This document shows positions 50,512 through 59,519 of a DNA stretch of 64,000 nt, piece by piece. The stretch is from a virus (taxonomy: Duplodnaviria > Heunggongvirae > Uroviricota > Caudoviricetes): the IMG/VR virus record IMGVR_UViG_3300028549_001428. One strand, written 5' to 3'. Both the position numbers and the translations under genes were made by a program. Each line of letters starts with the position of its first letter. Within the stretch, counting starts at the first letter, position 1. The notes under the pieces were generated by a model. The model saw nothing but the letters and a program-made list of their open reading frames with translations. It was not told the origin of the DNA and did not search any database.

Positions 50512-51237
50512 ATGAATAAGAATCCTAATTTAAAACTGATCGGATTTTTTGGTCAATCTGGTGCTGGAAAGACCACTATTATTCGAAATGTAAAACAATC
50601 AAATAATGGCTATAATATCATTCCAAGTACAGGTATTATTAGATATCTTTTTGGTAAAAATCCTAGAAGTTATAGTAGTCCAAATGATATTTTAAATAGA
50701 TATGGGCGTGATTTAGATGAATTGAAACCACTAGAACGTAATGCTAAGATTGATGAGATGTATGAAAAATACATTAGATCTCAAATGCAACTTCTAAATG
50801 ATTTCTCTAGTGAAGTATTCAATCAATTTAGAGAGATATATCCAAGTAAAACCATAATTTTATTTGATAGAAGTCCAATTGATTTTTATGCTATTACTGC
50901 ATGTGGTGTTAATTATCTTAAATCAATACTAAAAAATGATTTAAATCCTATGTGCCTAAAATTACTTGATATATGTAAGAAAACAGCAGAAACTAACACT
51001 CAGAATCTATTTGATGTTATTTGTGTGACATATCCTTGGAAGAAATCCGAGTTATCAACACTAAATGACGGTGTTAGAGATCATTATCTAAGTGAATTTT
51101 ATGTAGGTGATAACTGGTATAATGTAATAAACTCAATAAATCTAGGAAATGTAGAAACTTTCCCAATTGAGGGTGATATTACCGAATTAATGCAAAGAGC
51201 AAAAGTAGTGGATAATTTCATTACTAAGATTAAATAA
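50512..51237 (+). CDS. P-loop nucleotide kinase-like protein
   Basis: GQSGAGKTT, FDRSPIDF, DGVR. Confidence 0.75.
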   Translation: MNKNPNLKLIGFFGQSGAGKTTIIRNVKQSNNGYNIIPSTGIIRYLFGKNPRSYSSPNDILNRYGRDLDELKPLERNAKIDEMYEKYIRSQMQLLNDFSSEVFNQFREIYPSKTIILFDRSPIDFYAITACGVNYLKSILKNDLNPMCLKLLDICKKTAETNTQNLFDVICVTYPWKKSELSTLNDGVRDHYLSEFYVGDNWYNVINSINLGNVETFPIEGDITELMQRAKVVDNFITKIK

Positions 51238-51289
51238 ACATTATAAACAATAACAATTATTATGCCCTGAAAAGGGCTTTTTTTTAATT

Positions 51290-51724
51290 TATATTTTCTG
51301 AGCGAGAAAATCCCTTCCCTTTAGGGGAGGGGATGAGATCGAAAAATAATTTAAAATAAAACGAATAAATTAATGTATATTTGAATTGAGTCTTGGTGAT
51401 ACAAGATTAGACTGACAGGTGCTCTGATGGGTGTATGATTAAGTTCATAGAAGCGATACATTGGATGTCATATCGATCAAGTCGAACTGCTGGGTGACTT
51501 GCAGAGTTAGAAGGTTAAACGTTAGAGTTCAGTGGCGTTAGCCACATATAAAGTTTTTGTACCGTGGGACGCACGGGAAGTTAAGCATGTCAGGTTCCCT
51601 GAATAGGTGAACGACATGAACCGAAAGTCTAGGATCATGGGATCGGATTAGGTAGGTTCAGGGCATATTAGAGAGCATTCAAATCTCTAGAATCCCCGAT
51701 CCTTTAGGGTCGTGGGAGCGTCAA
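51290..51724 (+). mobile_element. protein-less IS200/IS605 derivative (PATE/MITE) with a structured RNA cargo and TnpB-type omegaRNA
   Basis: Left hairpin TCCCTTCCCTTTAGGGGAGGGGA (51311-51333). Right end GAATCCCCGATCCTTTAGGGTCGTGGGAGCGTCAA has the GAAT/TCAA pair. Left boundary uncertain (about 51288-51293). Confidence 0.82.
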
Positions 51725-51740
51725 ATTAATAATTAATGCG
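51388..51740 (+). ncRNA. putative ~350-nt RNA: 5' multibranch domain + TnpB omegaRNA + 3' guide
   Basis: TATATTT promoter at 51376-51382; stems at 51389-51545; TACCGTGGGACGCACGGGAAGTTAAGC from 51560 is typical of tnpB 3'-end RNAs. Confidence 0.65.
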
Positions 51741-51750
51741 TGGAGATTAT

Positions 51751-52713
51751 ATGACACAAAAAAATGTAACAACAGATTTGGACAATGAAACAATAATGGC
51801 TCTTAGACAAGCAAGAGCAGCACAAGCACAACTAAGAAATATAGGTATGCCTGTTCAACCGCTTGAACCACAGCCATTAAAACAGGAAAAACCAAATGTA
51901 GTTAAAAACGAACCAATAATTACATACGATAATTTTATCCCTATTCAAAATTTACCATCTAAAGGATTATTCTATAGAAATAAATTACATGGACAGGCAT
52001 TAAAAATGGAAGATATCATTCAGATTCAATCAATGGATGATTCTAACTTAATACCAAACTTTACTGAAATATATAGTAGACGTTTGCGTGGTGCTGGTGC
52101 TGAAGAAATATTAACCGCTGATGAATTATATATTGCTCTATGGTTACGAGCATCATCATTCCCTGATAGTGATCACTATAAAGGTGGGTTTACCTGTAGT
52201 AAAGAAGAATGTAAATTCAAAATGACTGATCCTACATATCGAGTTCCGTTCCAACAAATTACATTTGAAACAGAAACAATGCCAGATGAGGTATTTAAAT
52301 TGCATCAAGAACATGGTTACGTTGAAGAAACATTACCAGAGTCTGGAAAAGTAATTCAAATTGAACTTCGTAGACGATACCATAGTAGAATAATTGATGA
52401 TGTATTATATTCTGAATTTTATAGTAAGGAAGTATTACCTAAGTCCCATCAGTTGAATTTATTAAAAATAGCATCGGTTGTTAATATTGATGATATTGTA
52501 TTAGAAGATGCCGAATCATTGAAAAAACGTTTGGATGTTATAAATAACCTATCCACTAAAGATTCATATCAATTAATTAAGTATATAAATAATAATTCAT
52601 TTATGACAGATCCAGTTGTAAATCATATATGTCCATCATGTGGTACAGTAACAAAATCCAGGGGGTATCCTTTTCGAATTGAAGAATATCTTCCCGATGA
52701 TTACGGAAAGTAG
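51751..52713 (+). CDS. baseplate hub assembly protein (gp26-like)
   Basis: LPSKGLFY, D..YIALWLRASS, TCS..C, LPESGK, CPSCG; GGAG RBS before 51751. Confidence 0.75.
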   Translation: MTQKNVTTDLDNETIMALRQARAAQAQLRNIGMPVQPLEPQPLKQEKPNVVKNEPIITYDNFIPIQNLPSKGLFYRNKLHGQALKMEDIIQIQSMDDSNLIPNFTEIYSRRLRGAGAEEILTADELYIALWLRASSFPDSDHYKGGFTCSKEECKFKMTDPTYRVPFQQITFETETMPDEVFKLHQEHGYVEETLPESGKVIQIELRRRYHSRIIDDVLYSEFYSKEVLPKSHQLNLLKIASVVNIDDIVLEDAESLKKRLDVINNLSTKDSYQLIKYINNNSFMTDPVVNHICPSCGTVTKSRGYPFRIEEYLPDDYGK

Positions 52714-52876
52714 AGTAAAGGAAATTAAATCCATAATCACATTAAATACTTCAACGAGTTATACTGAATGTGATAGGATGTTTATTTCTGACTTTTTATA
52801 CTTGGATGAAATGGTATCAAAACAAGCTGCTAATAAGCATGATACTATAGATTCTATTTTAAAAAGTCTGATTTGA
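52697..52876 (+). CDS. small baseplate/tail assembly chaperone-like protein; stop codon supplied by the IS end
   Basis: Lies between the gp26-like and tape-measure-like genes; 'SYTECDRM' pattern. Confidence 0.45.
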   Translation: MITESRVKEIKSIITLNTSTSYTECDRMFISDFLYLDEMVSKQAANKHDTIDSILKSLI

Positions 52877-52904
52877 CTTACTCCCACGGTTGAAACCGTG
52901 GGAT

Positions 52905-54017
52905 TCAAATGCGAATTGCACCTATGGTGCAAGCACTTAGAGAAGAAGTCCCTTCTCTTAAAATATTGATGGAAGCGTTATGATCTCTGTCATGCATACA
53001 TCCACATTGATGACATACCCACTCACGATCAGAAAGAGTCAGATTATCATTCTTCCATCCACATTCAGAACATAGCTTACTAGATGGAAACCATTTGTCT
53101 ACAAAGACAATAGTTTTCCCTTTTTGTTTAGCCACATATTGAATAATGTTAATGAATGATGCAAATCCGAAATCCATGATTTTCTTCATACATGATTTAA
53201 GCATGGATGAAACTTCTAATGTTTCAAAACATAGAACATCATACATATCAGTCAGCCTGTGGGCTAACTTCCAATGCATATCATTTCTTTGATTTGAAAT
53301 TTTCTCATGGATCTTACATAAGCTGGTTTTACTTCCCTGCTTTCCTTTAGATTTGCTGAATTTTCGGCTCATTCGAGCCAATCGATTCAGATTCTGTTTA
53401 AGGAATAATGGGAAGTTGACATTATTTCCATCTGATGATGTTAGAAAATTTTTCATACCGAAATCAAAGCCCACGCTTTTACCTGATGTGACTCGTTCTG
53501 GGTACGTTACTTCTTCCTCACAGCATAGATAAATATAATATCCTCTGCTTGTTCTCTTGAGCGTTAGTGTCTTTATCTCACCTTTGATCTCTCGTGACTT
53601 CCAATATGGGAACACACGATCCGCTATGCGGATCTTATTCCCTTCCAACAACTTATATCCAGCTTGCTTCGTTGTGAAACTACGATAATTGACTTTCTTC
53701 TGAAAGTGTGGAACTGAAGTTTTCTTTTTTAGCTTTAAATTAGCATAGAATAACTTGTATGCTCTGTCTATTCTATCTGTTATGTCTTGTATTGCTTGAC
53801 TTGGAACCTCGTTCCATTCAATATTGATTTTCTTCAACTTCGTGAGATGCTTCTGTAATTGATATTTATTCAACTGCTTTTTATAATATCTATAGTATCT
53901 TCTATGCAAAGCAATACAATGATTATACACCCATGAAGATAAATCAAGTATTCTATCAAGATGCTTAGTCGCATCTCGACTATATAACTTGTACTTATAT
54001 GTCTTCACTTGCTTCAT
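52905..54017 (-). CDS. tnpB: TnpB RNA-guided endonuclease
   Basis: N-terminal HTH, RuvC-I GFDFG, RuvC-II FETL, zinc finger CSECG/CHQCG, RuvC-III DRDHNASINI; all three catalytic acidic residues present. Confidence 0.95.
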   Translation of the reverse strand: MKQVKTYKYKLYSRDATKHLDRILDLSSWVYNHCIALHRRYYRYYKKQLNKYQLQKHLTKLKKINIEWNEVPSQAIQDITDRIDRAYKLFYANLKLKKKTSVPHFQKKVNYRSFTTKQAGYKLLEGNKIRIADRVFPYWKSREIKGEIKTLTLKRTSRGYYIYLCCEEEVTYPERVTSGKSVGFDFGMKNFLTSSDGNNVNFPLFLKQNLNRLARMSRKFSKSKGKQGSKTSLCKIHEKISNQRNDMHWKLAHRLTDMYDVLCFETLEVSSMLKSCMKKIMDFGFASFINIIQYVAKQKGKTIVFVDKWFPSSKLCSECGWKNDNLTLSDREWVCHQCGCMHDRDHNASINILREGTSSLSACTIGAIRI

Positions 54018-54412
54018 TTATTCTTTTGATCCAAAATATATTTTTCTATTGTCTTTTCACTTATATGACCAACTGACTCACAGTAGTATGATCGTGTCCA
54101 TAATGTAGGCATTCTAGTTTTCAAATTAGGAAATTCAATACGCAATATGCGTGATGTATATCCCTTCAATTGTTGAACCACTTTATGAGGACTATCAGTT
54201 GGATCAACTTTTATAAAAATATGAATATGGTCAGGCATTACTTCCATTGATTCAATGGAATATCCATTTTTAGTAGATTGTTCGACTAACAATTCTTTTA
54301 ATCGCAGTTCTACATTACCTGTTAGAACTCTACGTCTATACTTAGGACACCATATAATATGATAACCTATATTATATACGCAGGTATTTGATCTTTTCCA
54401 TCTTGCATCCAT
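54014..54412 (-). CDS. tnpA: IS200-family HUH (Y1) transposase TnpA
   Basis: YHIIWCPKYRR, DHIH, KGYTSR, LWTRSYY, YILDQ. Start placed at 54412 (TATATTA-N5-ATG). Confidence 0.95.
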   Translation of the reverse strand: MDARWKRSNTCVYNIGYHIIWCPKYRRRVLTGNVELRLKELLVEQSTKNGYSIESMEVMPDHIHIFIKVDPTDSPHKVVQQLKGYTSRILRIEFPNLKTRMPTLWTRSYYCESVGHISEKTIEKYILDQKNK

Positions 54413-54523
54413 ACTACTAATATACATTATTTATCTGTCAGTTGTATAATTATTTTAATATAATTTGTCGCATTCATCTCACGGCTAAAGACCGTGGGAT
54501 TTCTGCTCTAATACAATCGTAAG

Positions 54524-54559
54524 AAAACGGACTAATACTAATATTATTAGTTCGTTTTT
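54524..54559 (+). terminator. intrinsic terminator
   Basis: AAAACGGACTAATA-loop-TATTAGTTCGTTTT. Confidence 0.65.
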
Positions 54560-54589
54560 ATTTATAAACTACTGTAAGTAGGGTTTTTT

Positions 54590-56671
54590 ATGGAAATGGA
54601 TAAAAGAGATTTAGATAATTTAAAGGCTGAGTTGGATAAACTAAGTCGTAATGTGTCATCTATAGGTGATTCAGTAAAAAAAGGTATCAAAGAAGGCATC
54701 AAAGAAGGTAATGCTGACGAGAAAAAGAAGAAAACCAGCACCGATGATTCCGATATTGCTGAGAAGGCTAATAGTCGTCTAATAATGCGTCATAAGGAAG
54801 AATATGATGTATCTAAAGAACTACGCAAATCTAAAGAAAAAACACCTGAACAGGAATTTAATGAACGTACATTAAAAACCCAATTCAGTACAAATTCATA
54901 TTTAGAACAATTATTAAAATTAACCCGTGAGAATCAGGAAACTGCAAAAAAGCAGACTAATTCTTTTGATAAGCCTAAACGAAACGAACCTGGATTTCTT
55001 GAAAAAACTTCATTGATGAAACATGATGCGGAGAATCCGTATAGTAAATTCATCGGTAATGTAGCAGATTTAGGATTACAAGGTAAAAAATTATTCAGTG
55101 GTGTAAAGGAAAAAATAACAGATAGAAAAGAAGGATCTACTACACGACAAAAGGATATAACAAAATATACAGCCGATATAAATAGAGATAAAGCATTATT
55201 ATCTGCCGAAGAAGCTAAACTAGAAAAATTAAAGAAAGCCAGAGGTAAAAACCGTGATGTAGAAGCCATTAAGGAAATGGAAGAATCGGTTAATAGTAGA
55301 AAGACTGGGATAAAATCAAAGTCTGAAAAATTTGCTGATACCACTGCTGAAGAATATTTATATCAAAAAGGAAAATCTGATAAGAATTTTCAGTTTAAAG
55401 GAACTGAAAAAGATCTTATGAAAGATCAACTAAGTGGAAATATTCTACATAGTACGATTAAAGATATTTTCCCAGATAAAAAGACAACTAAGGAAAAGAC
55501 ATCTACTCAAGCAGTTAGTGAAGATACATTATTAAATAAATTGGATAGATTATTATCTAATCATATACAAAAAACACCATCTAAAAAAGATAACGGTGAA
55601 TCTGTCATTGCACCATTCAAACAAAAAAACGGTATAACTGATACTATATCACCAAAAAATAAAGGTAGTAAAGATATAGAAGGTAAATCCACTAAAGCAA
55701 GTGGTTCTGTATTTGATATACCAATAAGAGAGGCATCCAATCCATCTACATCTGGTGAATATATAGTAGGTATTTACAGAGAACTAAGAAAGAAAAATGA
55801 TACACCTCCACCAATGCCTATGGCTCCACCAAGCGAAGGTGGTGGTATGGGTATGATGGGTATATTATCTAAATTAGGTCCAATGTTAGCGTCACTTGGT
55901 CCTATGTTAGCAGGTGCTGCTAGTGCAATAGGAGCTGTAGCAGCTCCATTGGCTATTGCTTTAGGTGGTGCATATGCAATAAAGAAAACCTCTGATATGA
56001 TGGATGAGTCAAATCAAGGAACTACAATAAGTGATGTAGTAGTTGGTGGTGGTAAAGGTTTTAAAGCCTTCTTAAAGGGCGAATCATTTTCAGACGCATT
56101 CACTGGACATCAAACAGAACGAGCATCTAAGAATTTCCAACGAGATGCTGATAAAGACACTATCAAGATGTTTGGTGATAAATTTGATAAGGAAATAAAA
56201 CCAAAATTCAATCCTAATTACGTAACCCCAGATCAGTTAGAGAATTTAAAGCAACTTTACATAGATAAAGGAATGCATAAAATAACAGCCAATGTATATG
56301 ACCGTGAGCGAAATGCATTAATGCAACAATCTAAAGATAATGAACAAGAATCAGCTACATTAAAAGATGATTTTAGTACTATTACATCGACAAAACCAAA
56401 ATCAACAAACCAAGCACAGTCAAATAACATTGATGCAGGTAGTGTGCAACGAAGTACATCATCAAAAGAAGTAGTTGAGACAAAATCTAATGCACAAGTA
56501 ATGGGTCAATATTCTGGAATGGATCAAATGAGTGCAATGACAATACAAGCAAAATTAATAGCAATGGAAATGATGGCAATGAATAACAGCAGTGATTATA
56601 TAAATAAACAAAAAGACATAATGAAAACCGCTGGTGTTTCTATGGCTGAAAAACTATATGGAGGAGGTTAA
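54590..56671 (+). CDS. tape-measure/gp29-like tail protein
   Basis: Coiled-coil K/E-rich N-terminus plus a Gly/Ala hydrophobic segment; first gene of the baseplate operon; late promoter at 54563. Confidence 0.55.
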   Translation: MEMDKRDLDNLKAELDKLSRNVSSIGDSVKKGIKEGIKEGNADEKKKKTSTDDSDIAEKANSRLIMRHKEEYDVSKELRKSKEKTPEQEFNERTLKTQFSTNSYLEQLLKLTRENQETAKKQTNSFDKPKRNEPGFLEKTSLMKHDAENPYSKFIGNVADLGLQGKKLFSGVKEKITDRKEGSTTRQKDITKYTADINRDKALLSAEEAKLEKLKKARGKNRDVEAIKEMEESVNSRKTGIKSKSEKFADTTAEEYLYQKGKSDKNFQFKGTEKDLMKDQLSGNILHSTIKDIFPDKKTTKEKTSTQAVSEDTLLNKLDRLLSNHIQKTPSKKDNGESVIAPFKQKNGITDTISPKNKGSKDIEGKSTKASGSVFDIPIREASNPSTSGEYIVGIYRELRKKNDTPPPMPMAPPSEGGGMGMMGILSKLGPMLASLGPMLAGAASAIGAVAAPLAIALGGAYAIKKTSDMMDESNQGTTISDVVVGGGKGFKAFLKGESFSDAFTGHQTERASKNFQRDADKDTIKMFGDKFDKEIKPKFNPNYVTPDQLENLKQLYIDKGMHKITANVYDRERNALMQQSKDNEQESATLKDDFSTITSTKPKSTNQAQSNNIDAGSVQRSTSSKEVVETKSNAQVMGQYSGMDQMSAMTIQAKLIAMEMMAMNNSSDYINKQKDIMKTAGVSMAEKLYGGG

Positions 56672-56673
56672 TC

Positions 56674-57783
56674 ATGGCTGATACTAAACGATTTACAGAT
56701 GATAATAACAGTGACAAAAAAGCACGTCTTGGTGCAGATGGTAGATTAAGTTCATTATTGCCTCGTCCTAATATTGTTAGAATTGAAGTTCTTGATGGGA
56801 ATTCCCGTGATCGATTTTTAAAATCACAGACATCCACTGGCGATGGTACTAATATATATAGCATAACAAATGAGATGCGTAAAACCACAATAGGTGCTAT
56901 ATATACTGGAAATCGAGCTAAAGAGAAAGTATTTTATGGATTTTTAGATCCAAAAACTGATAGCACATTTAATTTAACATCAAAGTGGGAAGACCAATCG
57001 ATGGGTGGTGACATAGGAGGTGCAATAAAAAAAGTTGTTGGTAATATTAGCAGTAAATTAAATACAGCGATTGATATAGGATCTTCATTCAATGATATAG
57101 CTAATCAAACTATGGGGCTTAATAATACGGCAACTGGTGCTAGTACTATGCAAGAGTTTAAGGGAATTGCAACAAATGATTTTAAGGTATCATGTGTATG
57201 GTATCTACCTGAACAAGAAAAATTAGCAAATTTTTCGTTAAAAGTGCTATATAGAATGTTATACCCAACGCAAATAGATCAAGATAAAGTGGGTGATATG
57301 GTCGGTGCCGCTGTTTCTAATTTTATAGATAAATCAGCACCCACCATAAAAAAGGTTGAGGATACAGTAATTAGTGGTATCCCTGGATTATCTAAAATAA
57401 TGGGGAATGATAAACCACCAGAAAATGCAGAAGGAAATAGTCCGTCTAGTAAAGTTGGTGCTATTACAGGTGGTATTGCCGGTGGTATTAGCAATGTAAC
57501 AACAACTATAAATAATTTTTTAGGAAAAAATACAACAATTAATCCATTGCCTGTTCGTGTATGTATTGGTCATCATATTGATTTAGAACCATTGGTTATA
57601 AAAGGAGTTGATACAAAATTCTCAAAAGAAACATTCATATCAGAAATAAATGGAAGGCATTTACCATTATTTGCATATACTACAATTAACTTTGGATTCT
57701 GGTTAACACCTACACCTAATATGGAATTTGTCAGTTTATTAGGTAATGAAATATTTGGTGATGAAATGGCTACGTTCAAATAA
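56674..57783 (+). CDS. baseplate tail-tube cap (gp48/54-like)
   Basis: Position in the operon; 'PLPVRVCIG...PLVIKGVDTKFS...HLP' tube-fold pattern. Confidence 0.5.
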   Translation: MADTKRFTDDNNSDKKARLGADGRLSSLLPRPNIVRIEVLDGNSRDRFLKSQTSTGDGTNIYSITNEMRKTTIGAIYTGNRAKEKVFYGFLDPKTDSTFNLTSKWEDQSMGGDIGGAIKKVVGNISSKLNTAIDIGSSFNDIANQTMGLNNTATGASTMQEFKGIATNDFKVSCVWYLPEQEKLANFSLKVLYRMLYPTQIDQDKVGDMVGAAVSNFIDKSAPTIKKVEDTVISGIPGLSKIMGNDKPPENAEGNSPSSKVGAITGGIAGGISNVTTTINNFLGKNTTINPLPVRVCIGHHIDLEPLVIKGVDTKFSKETFISEINGRHLPLFAYTTINFGFWLTPTPNMEFVSLLGNEIFGDEMATFK

Positions 57784-57792
57784 GGATTTAAT

Positions 57793-58215
57793 ATGGAATA
57801 CCCAAGAATAAAACCATTTAATTTTAATATAATGACTACTTATACAATCCCTGCATATCATGTAGGGAGACTTGATTTAATATCTATATTATTTTATAAT
57901 GATGTTAGATATTACAAGGTTATAGCAAGTGCAAATAATATAAATTTATCATATGGAGTCCGTACAGGCATACGACCTGATTCAGTTGCTATTCGTAATG
58001 AATTAGTAATGAAAGGATATACAGGATCTGATTTGGAGATGGAATATAATAGATTGCTGGACAATGGACGATTGACCAATTTTGATTGGATGGCATATGA
58101 CAATAACTCATATGGATATGTAAGCGATGTGTCTGAAGGTAAATTTTTATTGATTCCTGATAATGCAAGTGCTGATTTATATCTACAGAGATATGAATAT
58201 TTAGGTAATACATAA
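57793..58215 (+). CDS. baseplate wedge protein (gp53-like, LysM-like)
   Basis: GRLDLISILFYNDVRYYKVIASANNI ... LLIP. Confidence 0.7.
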   Translation: MEYPRIKPFNFNIMTTYTIPAYHVGRLDLISILFYNDVRYYKVIASANNINLSYGVRTGIRPDSVAIRNELVMKGYTGSDLEMEYNRLLDNGRLTNFDWMAYDNNSYGYVSDVSEGKFLLIPDNASADLYLQRYEYLGNT

Positions 58216-59519
58216 TGGCAAATAAATCATCAAGTAGACAAATAAGTGTTTCAGTGGAATTACTTGGAACTATATTTGAAATGGGTAATATATTATCCTT
58301 TACATTCAATAATTCTATAAATAAAAAACCAAGCGGTGAATTTATTATAAATGATACTGACGGAACTACTCTATATGAAATGAGTGGTAATTATGGTAGT
58401 ATTATGTTTTCTAACATAGGTGATGGACTTGATGATAAGAATTCATCAATTTCATTTATAGTGGATTCTATGTTAAAAGTTTCTCAAGTAAATCAAACAA
58501 CTACATATAAAGTAATATGGTCTGCTGGTTCTCCTGAATTGTTGATGAAAGAATCATGGGCAGTTAGAGGTAATAGTGTTGATGCGATGATTGCAATCGG
58601 AAAAAAATACAAAACCAAAACAACTGAGTTAATGACAGCCTCTAAATTTCCATTACCTAGTGATACTATGGTGTGGAGATACATAACAGATAATGCATGG
58701 GAATCATATGATAGAACAATAACTAAATCATATTCTAACGACGATTATATGTTTTGGGTATTTGATGATTTAAATAACAATATAAAAATATCATCATTTA
58801 AATTTGAAAAGGCTAAACAAGATTCAAGTTTAATGATATTTTCGGAAAATGCAAAAACATCGGTAGATCATGTAAAAACTATATTAGATAAACCAAGACT
58901 TACCGTATGGGCATATGGAAATAATACACGATACAATAATTTAGGTGATAATAAGGATAAACTATTTCCGAATGTTGCTTTTAGTGGTGCCAATAATGGT
59001 GAACTTAATAATGCTGGATGTGTTGGTCCTTGTTTTGATAGTGTATTGCAGAGCAATGGAGATACATCAAAAAGCACTATATTAGAACAGACAGGTATGA
59101 AAGACAAAAATGCTGTATATGGAGATCTTCGTATTATAAGAAATTATCCAAATAATACTCATAAAATGTATTCATTAGCGCATACAGTAAGAGAGTATTA
59201 TATATCAAATTACGCTAAAAATGTGCATATGTATTTATATAATACGGTTGGTCCAGAGATAGGCTCTAAAGTGTCCGTTGTTATGTATTCAAATGATAGA
59301 AAGGTTCGTGGTAACTTAATTGATACCCAATATACTGATGAATATATAATAACCGATAAAACTATTTCATTTTCGCATTTAACTCCTACAGTAACGGGAT
59401 CAATTGTTACAAAAAATACAACAGAAATTTCGGTGTTACTAAAAATGAAATCAAATCATTTAAAAGATGAAGGATTTGAGACAGTTAAAAAATTATTCGA
59501 TTCGATACAGGGTGCCTAA
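58215..59519 (+). CDS. baseplate hub protein (gp27-like)
   Basis: Lies between the gp53-like and gp5-like genes; size and beta-rich pattern fit. Confidence 0.5.
   Translation: MANKSSSRQISVSVELLGTIFEMGNILSFTFNNSINKKPSGEFIINDTDGTTLYEMSGNYGSIMFSNIGDGLDDKNSSISFIVDSMLKVSQVNQTTTYKVIWSAGSPELLMKESWAVRGNSVDAMIAIGKKYKTKTTELMTASKFPLPSDTMVWRYITDNAWESYDRTITKSYSNDDYMFWVFDDLNNNIKISSFKFEKAKQDSSLMIFSENAKTSVDHVKTILDKPRLTVWAYGNNTRYNNLGDNKDKLFPNVAFSGANNGELNNAGCVGPCFDSVLQSNGDTSKSTILEQTGMKDKNAVYGDLRIIRNYPNNTHKMYSLAHTVREYYISNYAKNVHMYLYNTVGPEIGSKVSVVMYSNDRKVRGNLIDTQYTDEYIITDKTISFSHLTPTVTGSIVTKNTTEISVLLKMKSNHLKDEGFETVKKLFDSIQGA

Larger units (their letters stand above)
52873..54518 (-). mobile_element. IS605-group insertion sequence (tnpA + tnpB)
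   Basis: Right end (minus strand) GAATCCCACGGTTTCAACCGTGGGAGTAAGTCAA; left hairpin at 54478-54500. Left boundary ambiguous (54507-54518). Confidence 0.92.

Noticed and set aside
51411-51545. Hammerhead ribozyme or group I intron (IStron) in the protein-less element
   Set aside because: CTGATGG/GAAG do not match the CUGANGA/GAAA core. The region is too short for a group I core, and the element ends in TCAA rather than a terminal G.
52660-52713. Programmed frameshift linking the gp26-like gene to the next small ORF
   Set aside because: No clear slippery heptamer; an independent ATG at 52697 explains the overlap
53700-53711. CTGAAAGT-GTGG inside tnpB as a target of the stand-alone guide
   Set aside because: Only 8 nt match and the TAM is not NTGA
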